The notes beneath the pieces are model-generated. The model was given only the letters and a program-made list of their open reading frames with translations. It had not been told where the DNA came from and did no database searches. The position numbers were made by a program, and so were the translations under genes. Positions 1-9,922 of a stretch of DNA of 64,000 nt are shown here, one piece after another (the stretch's first letter is position 1; every line of letters starts with the position of its first letter). This stretch comes from a virus. Lineage: Duplodnaviria > Caudoviricetes. Location of the stretch: positions 160,001 to 224,000 of IMG/VR virus record IMGVR_UViG_3300009031_000221; one strand, 5' to 3'.

Positions 1-460
1 AGAGATTCTGGAAAGTCACCCGCTGAGGAATCGACCCCAAACCAGCCTGAATGATGACCGTGTGGTTAGCTCCCACACCATTAGGCGTATCCTCGGCAGA
101 TGATTTCAGATAGACGCCCCCAAGGCCCACTAGGAACACCCCATTACGAGATATGGTGATGGTTTCTTTGTAGACCCCTGGGAGAATCAAAACCGTGTAG
201 GGGTTCAACTCACTAGCCCCAGCCGGGATTGCATCAATGGCTGCCTGAACGGTTGTGTATGCAGCCCCCGCCCCGGCCTTGCCTACTACCAATGTATTCT
301 GAACGGACTGGAATCCAGCCAATTGTTTGATGGTAATTCCACCAGGAATCACAGCATCCACAATCTCGATAGACCCGTCCGCAGCCTTGCGAATAAGGCG
401 AGTCCCCGTTGCACCGGGTTCAATTTGGACTTGATCTACTAGTATTGGATTCTGTGCCAT
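1..460 (-). CDS. Partial gene (runs off the window): pectinesterase-like/parallel beta-helix protein, probably tailspike or structural
   Basis: Not in the ORF track. Manual translation from ATG at 460 is open to base 1: MAQNPILVDQ...GAAYTTVQAAIDAIP...VLILPGVYKETITI, the typical start of a beta-helix enzyme. Confidence 0.7.
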   Translation of the reverse strand, partial: MAQNPILVDQVQIEPGATGTRLIRKAADGSIEIVDAVIPGGITIKQLAGFQSVQNTLVVGKAGAGAAYTTVQAAIDAIPAGASELNPYTVLILPGVYKETITISRNGVFLVGLGGVYLKSSAEDTPNGVGANHTVIIQAGLGSIPQRVTFQNL

Positions 461-466
461 TGTTCA

Positions 467-730
467 TTAATCCCAAAGGTAATTTGAGTCTAGCTGCTTG
501 TGAAATTCATCCCAGGCCTTCTTGACATCATCCAATTTGGCCTTGAGTACCTTGTCTCCCTTGGTGACGGAATCCTCAGCAATAGCATCAACCAAGGCAT
601 ATAGACCATCGCCACAATCATAGTACTTCTCACGAATCCTATGACCTTCGACTTCCTTCTTACCAGCCTTGGCAGCCGTTACCAGTCCGATATCCCATTT
701 GCGTTCTAGTTCATCCATGGTCATCCTCAT
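467..730 (-). CDS. Hypothetical protein
   Basis: 87 aa ORF packed between neighbours on the same strand. Confidence 0.6.
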   Translation of the reverse strand: MRMTMDELERKWDIGLVTAAKAGKKEVEGHRIREKYYDCGDGLYALVDAIAEDSVTKGDKVLKAKLDDVKKAWDEFHKQLDSNYLWD

Positions 731-1410
731 GCAAACACGTCATAGCCAACCGTAATCGTTTCCCCTGTCTGGAGGGTGTATCCCACAAGGATAGTGAAAC
801 CGGTCTTGGTCGGATTGATAACCCGGGCCTCGAAGAAACCACTAGGGGATAGAAGCACTCGATAGTTTGCTGTCTGGAATGCCGCGGCAAACGTCACTGC
901 CTTCTGGCTGCTATCCGCATCTGTGATAATCACGGTGCCCGATGTTGTGCTGGCCTGCTGCGTAGCAACAAGCACAACATAGCTGACGATTTTGGGGCTG
1001 GGGACAGAACCATAGGCAGAAGCCACGGTCGCACGAAACCCTGTTATGGTTGGGTTCTCCATGACAACAAGAATGCCATCAGTAGTAGAGAATACAACTC
1101 GGTAATTGGTGTTGTTCAATATTCCCGGGGCAATTGGGACATCCTGATATGTCTCCCCCGTGAATGTAATATCCCCAGACGATACTGCAGTTTCGGATTG
1201 TGTCTGAACAACCACGCCCTTGGCAACCGTCATATCATCAATCACGAATTGCGGGACGCTAGTCAAAGCATCCTGAATCAATCCCCGTGGACCCCGAATA
1301 TTCCGAATCGATACAAGCCCCTGAGAGTCCAATACCACATCAAAGTAGTAGGACTGACCTCCAGAAGAAGACGTGTACGTCGTTACAGACTGGGAACGGG
1401 ACAATGCCAT
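727..1410 (-). CDS. Beta-rich putative structural/tail-associated protein with two similar C-terminal repeats
   Basis: Thr/Val-rich; repeats NNTNYRVVFS...PTITGFRA and QTANYRVLLS...PTKTGFTI. Confidence 0.5.
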   Translation of the reverse strand: MALSRSQSVTTYTSSSGGQSYYFDVVLDSQGLVSIRNIRGPRGLIQDALTSVPQFVIDDMTVAKGVVVQTQSETAVSSGDITFTGETYQDVPIAPGILNNTNYRVVFSTTDGILVVMENPTITGFRATVASAYGSVPSPKIVSYVVLVATQQASTTSGTVIITDADSSQKAVTFAAAFQTANYRVLLSPSGFFEARVINPTKTGFTILVGYTLQTGETITVGYDVFA

Positions 1411-1725
1411 TTACCACACCCCCGTCGTCTCAAAGCCCCGAGCTTCTAGCCATACGTTCAGCGACATCAAGGCGTCTTTATTGGATGACCATACCTCGAA
1501 CCCATCGAAGTCTTCCTTGACCCCCATATCAGGGAGTGCTTGAAGACCACTCATCGCGACTTTGCCATCCCGAAAAGCCCGAAGTAGGTTGGGGAGGTTC
1601 TTGAATTCAACAGCACCATAGAGCACACGAAGACGGTATTCAGCCTTCGCGACTCGCCCAACCCATCGGCGGGCGACACTTCTCGCCATAACTACGCGCT
1701 TTTCACTGTCATTTGCTTTTGGCAT
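1411..1725 (-). CDS. Hypothetical protein with N-terminal RSVARRW/RVA motif (putative virion-associated)
   Basis: ORF; motif shared with the 32.5-54 kb proteins; class B promoter motif upstream. Confidence 0.6.
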   Translation of the reverse strand: MPKANDSEKRVVMARSVARRWVGRVAKAEYRLRVLYGAVEFKNLPNLLRAFRDGKVAMSGLQALPDMGVKEDFDGFEVWSSNKDALMSLNVWLEARGFETTGVW

Positions 1726-1759
1726 GAATGTACCTATCGTTGCCCTACGAGGCGGACGT

Positions 1760-1777
1760 GATAAGTCATTTACCGAA
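1760..1777 (-). promoter_or_regulatory. Class B phage promoter motif TTCGGT-N7-TTATC
   Basis: Minus strand TTCGGT aaatgac TTATC, 35 nt upstream of the 1725 start; same spacing at six other sites. Confidence 0.55.
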
Positions 1778-1785
1778 AACGCGGA

Positions 1786-2391
1786 CTAGCAAACGCAACA
1801 CATCATCCGGTCGTTCCAAGCGGGACGCTGAACTTCGCGGAGGATGTTGAGGTTTGCGCTGATGTAATCGAATACCGCGACGTATTTCGCAAATCGGGCA
1901 TTACTTCGCATTCGGCTTAATGACCGGAGGAATCGGTGCCGTACCAACCCTTGACTTACATTGAGTTGTTTGGCGACTTCTGATTGGCAAGTGGTCTTCC
2001 ACATCAGTACCATAATCTGTACGTCAAGTGGGTCACTCAGGAATCCAGCCATATCCTGGACTAAGGCACTTTCTTCTACACGGGGGATACTCAGGAGAAA
2101 ACGAATACGGTCGGCGGCACGGGCGAGGCGGTAACAGACAGTTGGTTGGGACACTCCGAACATGGATGCGATATCTGTTTGCCGGAGTCGCTTGAAGTAG
2201 TACAAGTCCACAAAGTCCGCTTCCCTAGGTGGCAACATGTCTACTACTGAACGTACCCTATCTATCTGTGCATTATCCTCTTCACCGGGTTCCGAAAATA
2301 TGGAGTCCATATACGAAATGCCGTCCTCCTGGGAGAATCGACTTTCCATATCCGAGGGATCAATTGTATGGTGACCAGACCATGATTGCAT
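1786..2391 (-). CDS. Sigma70 region-4-like transcription factor with two HTH units
   Basis: LPPREADFVDLYYFKRLRQTDIASMFGVSQPTVCYRLARA and a second HTH QSEVAKQLNVSQGLVRHRF; no clear region 2. Confidence 0.75.
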   Translation of the reverse strand: MQSWSGHHTIDPSDMESRFSQEDGISYMDSIFSEPGEEDNAQIDRVRSVVDMLPPREADFVDLYYFKRLRQTDIASMFGVSQPTVCYRLARAADRIRFLLSIPRVEESALVQDMAGFLSDPLDVQIMVLMWKTTCQSEVAKQLNVSQGLVRHRFLRSLSRMRSNARFAKYVAVFDYISANLNILREVQRPAWNDRMMCCVC

Positions 2392-2449
2392 GGAAACCTC
2401 GCATTCTAGGTTATGCTAAAGCCCAAAAAGCACAAGGTTTTTGCCACAT

Positions 2450-3010
2450 CTAATGGTCATTCATGTCGTCAGAAGACCGGGTAGCCTCTAAGAACACAAT
2501 AGGGATTGTCGCTACTATTTCAATAGAACGCAACTTGATTCGTACAACCGCGGTTTCCCCGACCACTATCATGACCACGCCATCAAGGTTCCGATAGGCA
2601 CCATTGATGACCCTGATATTTTCCCCGTTCGATATGTCCGCTGCAATCATCTGCCGAAGTTGAGCGCGAAGTTCCTCAATCTTTGAATTCTGAACCACAT
2701 TGAGAGTTCGGATCTTGCCGGGAGTGGATATAATCTGATTCACGTAAGGTCGGCGTTCCAATGCGAAATACGTCGTATCGGGCAATCCTGCCCCCACAAA
2801 CACATAACCTTCCATCAAGTGGAGGGTGATCGTTTTGTGCCCTTTTGGATAAACCGCAACCGGAATGAATATTGGGAAGTCGGCGTTCACGCCTAGATCA
2901 TTACGAAGTGCTGACTCTAAATTGCCATCAACCACCTTGGTTTCCCCAAGATGGTTCAATTCAACGACTATCCAAGTTTGAGCGTCCCGTTGATCCAAGT
3001 GATTCCCCAT
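2450..3010 (-). CDS. NusG-family transcription elongation/antitermination factor (NGN + KOW)
   Basis: WIVV...IFIP...LMEGYVFV NGN pattern; KOW GENIRVINGAYRNLDGVV. Confidence 0.85.
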   Translation of the reverse strand: MGNHLDQRDAQTWIVVELNHLGETKVVDGNLESALRNDLGVNADFPIFIPVAVYPKGHKTITLHLMEGYVFVGAGLPDTTYFALERRPYVNQIISTPGKIRTLNVVQNSKIEELRAQLRQMIAADISNGENIRVINGAYRNLDGVVMIVVGETAVVRIKLRSIEIVATIPIVFLEATRSSDDMNDH

Positions 3011-4382
3011 CCCAATGAACTATTTGCATCGCCACTAAACTGCAAAACGTCGAAGGCTCTATTTCCGGCAACGCCCCCTTATTCCCCGGGGCGATAGAAA
3101 CCGCATCTGCCCGTCCACCTACTGCCTTCGGATTCGGCTGTACCTCGCCACCTTTACCTTTCGGTGGCGGTGATCCCAATTTACCCGAGTTATGCGCCAA
3201 AGGTACAACGGGAGCCAAATGAGTCTGGGTGGAAATATTGCTATCCCTAACAATGGCGTTAGACTCCATAGGGGTTCGATTCTGAACTACCAGAATTGGG
3301 GTGTCGCCAATGACGGAGGCTCCGCTATAATGCAGGCTGCCGATATCACACAGCAACATTGCCTCAGTGGGTTTCCCTGGGCGGCTTGCAAATCGAGCCG
3401 CAAACCCGATCAAATTCTGTTGCTGAGTCTGACTCAATGCATCCAAACGCCCCGCGTCAATGTAGGATGGGGATTTCAATGCCCCGATACCTACCTGGTA
3501 GGCTAGCATCGCCATGTACGCCAAACGTTCGTAGCATGTCGCAGGCGATGATCGTTCCAGTGCCTGCTTGGCGTACTTCATGGCTAACGGCAGGTCTTTA
3601 CCGATGTTCTCCAGGATGTCTACAAACATCAGGTTCAAGTCCAACCTGAGGTATTTGGCAACGTTATCCCTGTCAAGTTTCCCCAACATAGACACGCCTT
3701 CTACAGCCTTCAGCGCATCCCGGATATGGCATTCCGTAATCTCTGCTATGACTTGCAGCATGTCTAGATCATATTCAAACCCTTCCTTCTCACATATGGA
3801 AGCCAATCGCTTCGCGATCAATGCAGGAGTCACAGGTTGAATGACGAAGGTAGGGGCGCACCGACTGAAAATCGTCGCCTTCATCTTCTCGGGTTCCGTT
3901 GTACAGAAAATGCAGATCAACCGCTTTTCTTGGGTGCCAGGAATTACCTCTTCCAAGGGTTTCAACAAGGCATCCAAGGCGTCCTTGGATAGTTGGTGCG
4001 CTTCGTCAAACAGGTAAATACGGCGTTTGCCTGAAAACGTCGAGTACTGAATTTCCTCAGTAATCTTCTGCACGTCCGCTTTGCCTGAATTTGTCGCTGC
4101 ATCTACCTCAACAAAATCCAAGGACGCCCCGGTATCCAGGATAGTCCTGCACGAATCGCATTCATCGCAAGGATCGCCTGAAGGCAAAGGAGTCGGGCAC
4201 ATCAACGCTCGAGCCATAATACGGCCCAGTGTTGTTTTACCCGATCCAAATGGACCCGCAAACAAATACGATTGATGCAATGACCGTCCTGTGGAAATGA
4301 ATCTCCGCAGGATAGTGATAATTGCTTCTTGGCCTAACACATCATCGAATGTGCGAGGACGATATTTCGTGTCTAACGACAT
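2961..4382 (-). CDS. dnaX: DNA polymerase III clamp-loader subunit gamma/tau
   Basis: KYRPRTFDDVLGQ, Walker A GPFGSGKTT, Zn module CDECDSC, EVDAATN, DEAHQLS, SRC motif. Confidence 0.95.
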   Translation of the reverse strand: MSLDTKYRPRTFDDVLGQEAIITILRRFISTGRSLHQSYLFAGPFGSGKTTLGRIMARALMCPTPLPSGDPCDECDSCRTILDTGASLDFVEVDAATNSGKADVQKITEEIQYSTFSGKRRIYLFDEAHQLSKDALDALLKPLEEVIPGTQEKRLICIFCTTEPEKMKATIFSRCAPTFVIQPVTPALIAKRLASICEKEGFEYDLDMLQVIAEITECHIRDALKAVEGVSMLGKLDRDNVAKYLRLDLNLMFVDILENIGKDLPLAMKYAKQALERSSPATCYERLAYMAMLAYQVGIGALKSPSYIDAGRLDALSQTQQQNLIGFAARFASRPGKPTEAMLLCDIGSLHYSGASVIGDTPILVVQNRTPMESNAIVRDSNISTQTHLAPVVPLAHNSGKLGSPPPKGKGGEVQPNPKAVGGRADAVSIAPGNKGALPEIEPSTFCSLVAMQIVHWDGESLGSTGRSNLDSR

Positions 4383-4416
4383 GATTTCCTTCTACATCGA
4401 TGCCAAATGTCTAGCA

Positions 4417-4881
4417 CTAGGGGGCCTTGGATCCGAAGATATCCTCAATGAGCGAAGGAGTCGGGGCGGCACCGGAAGTACGCCACAAACCATGCCGCTC
4501 AATCTCACCCTTGTAAAACGACACGTCAGGCGGAACCACTGAGAACTTCATGTTCCCGTTGGACTTGTTCTCCTCCGCACGGCACCCGCACAGATGATGG
4601 TCAAGCAATGCCACACGTTCAGCATCGCTCAGGGTGCTCCACGTATCCGCTGCCAAGGTGATGATGAACTTGTACTTCACGTCACCCAGGACGCCAAACA
4701 GTTCGGATGCCTTGGAAGTCTTACCCGCGATCTCTACGTCACCCTGAATGGCTGCCTTCTCCTTGAACAGGACGGCGATCTCATCATCGCACAAGGCCAA
4801 ATTGGGGTGATACTTGGCAATCAGATCCTGCATCGTTGTGATGACATCCGTTCCCGCCTTCCAGTATTTTGCGTCTGACAT
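4417..4881 (-). CDS. Putative phage metallopeptidase-family protein
   Basis: FIITLAADTWSTLSDAERVALLDHHLCGC resembles the HExxH-type phage metallopeptidase family (HH in place of HE); start at MSDAKY has GGAG RBS. Confidence 0.6.
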   Translation of the reverse strand: MSDAKYWKAGTDVITTMQDLIAKYHPNLALCDDEIAVLFKEKAAIQGDVEIAGKTSKASELFGVLGDVKYKFIITLAADTWSTLSDAERVALLDHHLCGCRAEENKSNGNMKFSVVPPDVSFYKGEIERHGLWRTSGAAPTPSLIEDIFGSKAP

Positions 4882-4891
4882 TGAATTCTCC

Positions 4892-5656
4892 CTATGAAAA
4901 TGCAGCTTTGATTGCTGCGACACCACCATGATCCCAAATCTCGCCTGGGTCTTTCCCACCTTTGTAGGGGACTTCCCGGCACTTCAATCCGACTCGATTG
5001 AGTACAGCGAGTGCACCGTACCGTGTCTTACCCGTTTCAGGGTCTTTCGACCCTACTGAAATCATCTTGTTGGTAATTCCGTCCTTCACATTCGGCAATC
5101 CTGTCGCCTTGATGCCAGTTGGGTCATGATCATAAACCATATGGACAGTGCCTTTACAGAATCTCCGCAGGAATTCTACATGCGTATTGGACAACTTCGC
5201 ACGTACGGTCGATAGAACAGCATCCGTTGATGGCACTGCCCATTCTAACGGGCACTTGTCAAACAGCCCCTCGCATATCCACACGTCACCACCTGCCCAT
5301 ATGGCAGGCATCGCCGTTCGTGTCCCCAGGAAGAACGGAATCCATTTCGCCTCAGGAAGGCGGTAATCCTGGATATTCTTCTTGTGGATATTACGTGCCT
5401 CAAATCCAATCAGCTTCCCACGAGGCGAACGTACCGGGCATATCAAATAGCCGTTTAGCTGCTCCCCGTATTTTCCGTATTTAAGCGCAAATTCAGCATC
5501 GGGGATAGGTTCGGGCAATGTTCGCCATGTCACCATCCCTTCTCCAAGGATGGTGCTTTCCTTGGCACCGCGTCCAAGGAGATACCCTTCAACCTCTTCG
5601 GTCAGGGTAAACGAACTTAGGATAGGTTCTAGCCAACTCACTACGCACCTCGGCAC
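4892..5656 (-). CDS. DnaG-like primase (TOPRIM core, no obvious Zn-binding domain)
   Basis: PVRSPRGKLIGFEAR, WICEGLFD, VYDHDPTGIKA, KDPGE. Confidence 0.85.
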   Translation of the reverse strand: MPRCVVSWLEPILSSFTLTEEVEGYLLGRGAKESTILGEGMVTWRTLPEPIPDAEFALKYGKYGEQLNGYLICPVRSPRGKLIGFEARNIHKKNIQDYRLPEAKWIPFFLGTRTAMPAIWAGGDVWICEGLFDKCPLEWAVPSTDAVLSTVRAKLSNTHVEFLRRFCKGTVHMVYDHDPTGIKATGLPNVKDGITNKMISVGSKDPETGKTRYGALAVLNRVGLKCREVPYKGGKDPGEIWDHGGVAAIKAAFS

Positions 5657-6213
5657 ATAGCAAAACCACGACTCGGATTATGTACGGCAATAGCTACTGC
5701 CGTTGGGGACAAGTGGACCATCATCCCCACAAATTGCCGATCAGTTGGAACGATGATGGCACAATCATCGGGAATCCATGCTGACATACGCACCCTATGG
5801 CCAATGTTCTTCTCCAACAACCAATCCGGATGCTTCTTGGTTGGGCCACTTGCATGCCCAACCAAGATGTCCAGCTGCCCCATGTCATAGGAGTCAACGT
5901 GGTCAATCGCCGCTGCAACGCCCGCCTCTGTGAATGGGTGAGCGCTGCCCCACTGAAGCTCCAAAGATCGATTGTAGATGGCCTCTGAGGCCTCCCAGAA
6001 CAAATCTCCGGGACGTACACCCTTACGGACAGCAGCCTTGATAGTGGGGATGGTTCCTTCATGGGGGCTGTCAACCCACATGAATCCTGTGGTGGATGAT
6101 ACAAGGTAGGGAACCGTTTGGGGGTCTACGTTGAATTCCAAAATAAGGGGTGTGACCCCCTTCCGACTCATAGCATCGGGTTTAACCCGAATCACTTGAA
6201 GGAGATTACTCAT
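5641..6213 (-). CDS. Hypothetical protein
   Basis: 190 aa ORF overlapping both neighbours in operon fashion. Confidence 0.7.
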   Translation of the reverse strand: MSNLLQVIRVKPDAMSRKGVTPLILEFNVDPQTVPYLVSSTTGFMWVDSPHEGTIPTIKAAVRKGVRPGDLFWEASEAIYNRSLELQWGSAHPFTEAGVAAAIDHVDSYDMGQLDILVGHASGPTKKHPDWLLEKNIGHRVRMSAWIPDDCAIIVPTDRQFVGMMVHLSPTAVAIAVHNPSRGFAMCRGA

Positions 6214-6692
6214 TCTACAACCTCAGAAAAAGGTTCCATTTCAGCTTCAATCTGACGAACTTCCTCAGCTACGTCTACCCCATCCAAAACCCACATCAGG
6301 GCTGCCACGTCAGGATATTGAGAAGCGATCTTGCCCCGGTCATTGGAGGACATCAATTCACGAAATGCCGTCTTAACTTCTTCCTTGGTGCGGAAAGGTT
6401 GGCGACATTTGCATGCACGAGCTTGATTAATACACCCGGCAACCCGCGTATCACACACCTTTCCCCTTGGGGAGTTCTCCTTGATGGAACCCTCATAGCG
6501 GCAAATCCCGATCTTCTCCGAAGATCCTCCAATCCCAGTCAGATGATTGTAATAGCACGCCTCGGGGGATTCGCGAAAGTTGTCCCGAATCTCCCGTTGC
6601 AAATGCCTGAACAATACCTGCTTCAACTGTTGGCGAATCTGACTCGGAGATCGAGCGCCATTGTTATCAATTGGGTCCATGAGATTCTCCAA
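6210..6692 (-). CDS. Hypothetical Cys-containing protein
   Basis: ORF in operon; five or more Cys. Confidence 0.7.
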   Translation of the reverse strand: MENLMDPIDNNGARSPSQIRQQLKQVLFRHLQREIRDNFRESPEACYYNHLTGIGGSSEKIGICRYEGSIKENSPRGKVCDTRVAGCINQARACKCRQPFRTKEEVKTAFRELMSSNDRGKIASQYPDVAALMWVLDGVDVAEEVRQIEAEMEPFSEVVE

Positions 6693-6694
6693 GG

Positions 6695-7330
6695 TTACTT
6701 CAGCACCTCGAACTTTGCGTGCCCATTCTTCTTGGTAATTCGGTAAGCCTTGTCCGCAGCATCCACCATCGATGAATTATGCGATACCAAGAGAATATCC
6801 ATATCTAACCGTTTGCATAACGTCGATAGGAAATTCCCCATATTCGTAACATAGTTGTTGTCAAATGCGGGTAATGATTCATCTAACAGAAGTAGAGGGC
6901 GTAACCCTCGGCGCATGACGATGATGAGTCGCAACAACACAGACTGTACCGTTGATACAGCCCCCCCAAATGCGTCGTTGGACAACCCCTCAACCTCTGC
7001 GCCACCTGGATGCGTCTGCATGGTGATAAGGTCAACGGATACCTTGCCACGCTGTACTTCAACCTGAGCCTTGACCCTGATGTCTTGGTCATCAAATACA
7101 GCCTGCAAACCTTCGGTTTGTAGCTGTTCTACGGCCTGAACACCAACTGTCACTTCCTGGTCGATTAGCTGTCGTAGAAATGTTTCTACCGCATCCAGAA
7201 GAATGCCTTCCCCCTCTAATCGAGTAATGTCCTTCCGCACGCCACCAAGGCGTGCTACGGCATCATCTCGTAGAGTGCGAGCCTTTTCCAATGACGCACG
7301 CAAGGAGGCATAATTCGCGGATACCGACAT
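6695..7330 (-). CDS. Rad50/SbcC-family ATPase, C-terminal half
   Basis: Short coiled coil, signature-like AFGGA, Walker B LLLLDE, D-loop LPAFD, H-loop LVSH; no Walker A. Confidence 0.85.
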   Translation of the reverse strand: MSVSANYASLRASLEKARTLRDDAVARLGGVRKDITRLEGEGILLDAVETFLRQLIDQEVTVGVQAVEQLQTEGLQAVFDDQDIRVKAQVEVQRGKVSVDLITMQTHPGGAEVEGLSNDAFGGAVSTVQSVLLRLIIVMRRGLRPLLLLDESLPAFDNNYVTNMGNFLSTLCKRLDMDILLVSHNSSMVDAADKAYRITKKNGHAKFEVLK

Positions 7331-7331
7331 C

Positions 7332-8513
7332 CTACCACAACAAGCCCGCAAGCACGTGAACGTACTTGTCGCCGCCCTCACCCTTGTCATCCGCAAACAT
7401 CGGACGTTCAACGCGGATGTACCGATGCTTCTTCTCAGTGATCACGTTGATTCCCAACGTGATCGTGTCCGAAGTCGAACAACCCACCGTATCAATGATG
7501 TGGAGAAGATGGTCAGCGCTAACCGGAAAACCATCCTTCGGGATTTCGGGTGCCGTTGCCACATTGAGAACTGCCTCGCACTTCACCGAAACTACGGAAG
7601 GCTTGCCGTTCTCATTCTGCATCGATACCAAAAGGGGTCCGTCCTCATCGGGCAGGCTCAAGTACAGGCGCGAATCCTTCTTCGCAGCACCCGCCTGATT
7701 GGCCTCAACCGCACGCTTCAAGGCGTCCGTGTTGACAGTCCAAGTCCGTTGGTCTTCCGAAGGAGGAGGGCTTAGGTTCGGGTAGTTTGCCTGATAGCGG
7801 GTTTCACCGTAAGTCGCTCCATCACTCCGCTTCATGAACAGATTGCGGTCACTCTCCAGGATTTCGACATCTCCTTCACAGGATGCCAAGAATCCCGCCA
7901 AGCACGGCACGTCCTTGCTATGGATCCGCAAACCAGAGCTTTCCAACCCCACAACCTTGAAGAAGGATACAACGGAACGCTTATCCGTGGCCGTCACCAT
8001 CCCATTACGCACATCGACAACAACTGCCTCAGGCATATTGCTCTCGTCCAAGGATGCGAAGTTCCGTGCGCTCTTCAACGCAAACGCCAACCGACTGGCA
8101 CTCAATGAACCCTTGGAAACGGATTTCTCCAATGTCTTGTCCCAGAAAACAAAGTTCTGGGGATCCAAGGAACGGAAGTTCTGAACGTAGCTCCCGGTAT
8201 CGCACTTCACGTCGCCGCCGGCCTGCGGTTCCACCACCACAGCGGCGTCGCCAATCGTACCAAGCCACTTCTTGATCCGCCACCCCTCAACGGTGAAGGG
8301 ATCGCCAACTTCCATCACCTTTGCTTTGACTGGGCATGATGCGAATACCCGTTGGTGAGAAGTCAATACCTCAACCTGTTCCGCATCCTTGGGAGAAATA
8401 CGAAACAGGAAGTGCGAAGTAATATCGCCTTCGGTTGAAGACATCGCACCGGATACCGTCTGGAGTGCTTCCAAAAGGTCACTTTTTGCTACCTGAAACT
8501 TCATCATTATCAA
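7332..8513 (-). CDS. dnaN: DNA polymerase III beta sliding clamp-like protein
   Basis: MKFQVAKSDLLEALQTVS start, VTATDKR, YQANYPNL, clamp-like length, replisome context. Confidence 0.7.
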   Translation of the reverse strand: MIMMKFQVAKSDLLEALQTVSGAMSSTEGDITSHFLFRISPKDAEQVEVLTSHQRVFASCPVKAKVMEVGDPFTVEGWRIKKWLGTIGDAAVVVEPQAGGDVKCDTGSYVQNFRSLDPQNFVFWDKTLEKSVSKGSLSASRLAFALKSARNFASLDESNMPEAVVVDVRNGMVTATDKRSVVSFFKVVGLESSGLRIHSKDVPCLAGFLASCEGDVEILESDRNLFMKRSDGATYGETRYQANYPNLSPPPSEDQRTWTVNTDALKRAVEANQAGAAKKDSRLYLSLPDEDGPLLVSMQNENGKPSVVSVKCEAVLNVATAPEIPKDGFPVSADHLLHIIDTVGCSTSDTITLGINVITEKKHRYIRVERPMFADDKGEGGDKYVHVLAGLLW

Positions 8514-8782
8514 CGATCTCCCATGTATGGAGTAAGGGTTTGTTCCGACGCATCAATCCTGTTAGCAAGATCCTGCGTTAGGGTCTCGTAACGGCGAGTC
8601 AATTCCGTAATCGTCGCCTCTAACTTCTCTGGGGGCACACCCCGTTTCCGGCAATCATCTTCAACTAGGGACAATTCAGCCCTAGCAGATTCCAACCGCC
8701 CCTGAAGACGACTAGCCGTCTCTCGTACCCGATCCCGGCGTTTAACCAGTTCATCTAGTTTCACACGGCGTTCATCTACCAT
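8510..8782 (-). CDS. 90 aa coiled-coil protein (possible third Rad50 piece)
   Basis: Heptad-rich along its whole length. Confidence 0.6.
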   Translation of the reverse strand: MVDERRVKLDELVKRRDRVRETASRLQGRLESARAELSLVEDDCRKRGVPPEKLEATITELTRRYETLTQDLANRIDASEQTLTPYMGDR

Positions 8783-8813
8783 TTATTCCTCCGTCAGGTA
8801 TTTACCCGACAGA

Positions 8814-9851
8814 TTAGGATTTTGATCCACCGGACATCGAAAATGTAGTAATGCCGTCAGATGCCTCAAATAGATCCGCATTTCTAGGGCCACGCCTGTT
8901 GCCATCTTTCTGGGTTTGGCGTTCAGGGCAAACCCCTTCATATTCACAGTATTTGCATGTCTTAGGAGTAGGCTTGGGCTCAAACTTCTTCTTATCCATA
9001 CCCTTCATGGCATCGGATGCCCGTGCTGCCAAACCCTTGAGATCATCCCGGGTAAATGGAACCCAATCCACCCCTTCCTCACAAGTCCCTGTTGGAAGCC
9101 CCTCATTATCCAAAATGGGAGTCCCGTAAGGATACCGGTAATATACGAACCCCAATCGATCAGGTAATTTCTGATATGTCAGGTAAAACAACAAGGCATA
9201 CCAACGCAATTGGTCAGGATCCGTATAGGTCAATGTGTTCAACCCTGTCTTGGGATCCTTGTATCGTTTGCTATTTTTGCCGTCGAGGATGGTGACACCC
9301 GTATCTTCCCTACGGATAATCATGTCAGCACGCCCGCCAACAGGCGTATACTTGTTGACGTAGCCAAGCAATTCTACTTCCGCCTTGGCATAGGGACCAA
9401 GGAGGCGATGCTGCTTCAACGTCCGCATGTATCCAAGGACGGCATCGTTGACAAGCTTTTCCAGGTCAACACGGTCCCCCGCCATACGCCAATCCACGTA
9501 TTTCCGTGCTAATTCAAATCGAAATGTTTCGTTCGCCAATTCTAGCAGGCGACGCTTGAGCGTCTCAGGATCCAATGAACGCCATAGCTCATCATTGTAG
9601 AATCGCTCAATGGCATATTGAATTGCGATACCTAGGATTGCATGATGCTCCGACTTCCTCGGAATGGGTTTGCCATTGAGGTCAACCGTAGGTATGGGCT
9701 TCTTACGCCCTGGTCCGCCCCCTACATCAATATCCCCCCAGCCTTTCGACCACAGGTATTTCTGAGGGCATTCCTCGTACACGCCCAAACTGGACCAGTA
9801 GAGGGTGTAGGATTTCTTCTCACCGGGATTCCAGGCCATTACACACTCCAT
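8814..9851 (-). CDS. PD-(D/E)XK nuclease of AddB/Cas4 type with 4-Cys Fe-S staple
   Basis: YEECPQKYLW, GRADMI, ILDGKNSK, DQLRWYAL, CKYCEYEGVCP. Confidence 0.85.
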   Translation of the reverse strand: MECVMAWNPGEKKSYTLYWSSLGVYEECPQKYLWSKGWGDIDVGGGPGRKKPIPTVDLNGKPIPRKSEHHAILGIAIQYAIERFYNDELWRSLDPETLKRRLLELANETFRFELARKYVDWRMAGDRVDLEKLVNDAVLGYMRTLKQHRLLGPYAKAEVELLGYVNKYTPVGGRADMIIRREDTGVTILDGKNSKRYKDPKTGLNTLTYTDPDQLRWYALLFYLTYQKLPDRLGFVYYRYPYGTPILDNEGLPTGTCEEGVDWVPFTRDDLKGLAARASDAMKGMDKKKFEPKPTPKTCKYCEYEGVCPERQTQKDGNRRGPRNADLFEASDGITTFSMSGGSKS

Positions 9852-9922
9852 AGTGAATGGCCGTCAACGCACGAGGGCAATTGACGGCCATTCACTCTAC
9901 CCTCGAACAAGGGACGGAGGTG

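Noticed and set aside
424-436. TGGACTTGATC shared with the hairpin at 32510
   Set aside because: The first copy is inside the partial CDS 1-460; probably coincidence.
2961-4382. Programmed gamma/tau frameshift in dnaX
   Set aside because: No A-AAA-AAG slippery site or long A-run seen.
8814-9851. Cas4 or a CRISPR system
   Set aside because: No repeat-spacer array or other cas genes; the recombination context fits an AddB-like nuclease.
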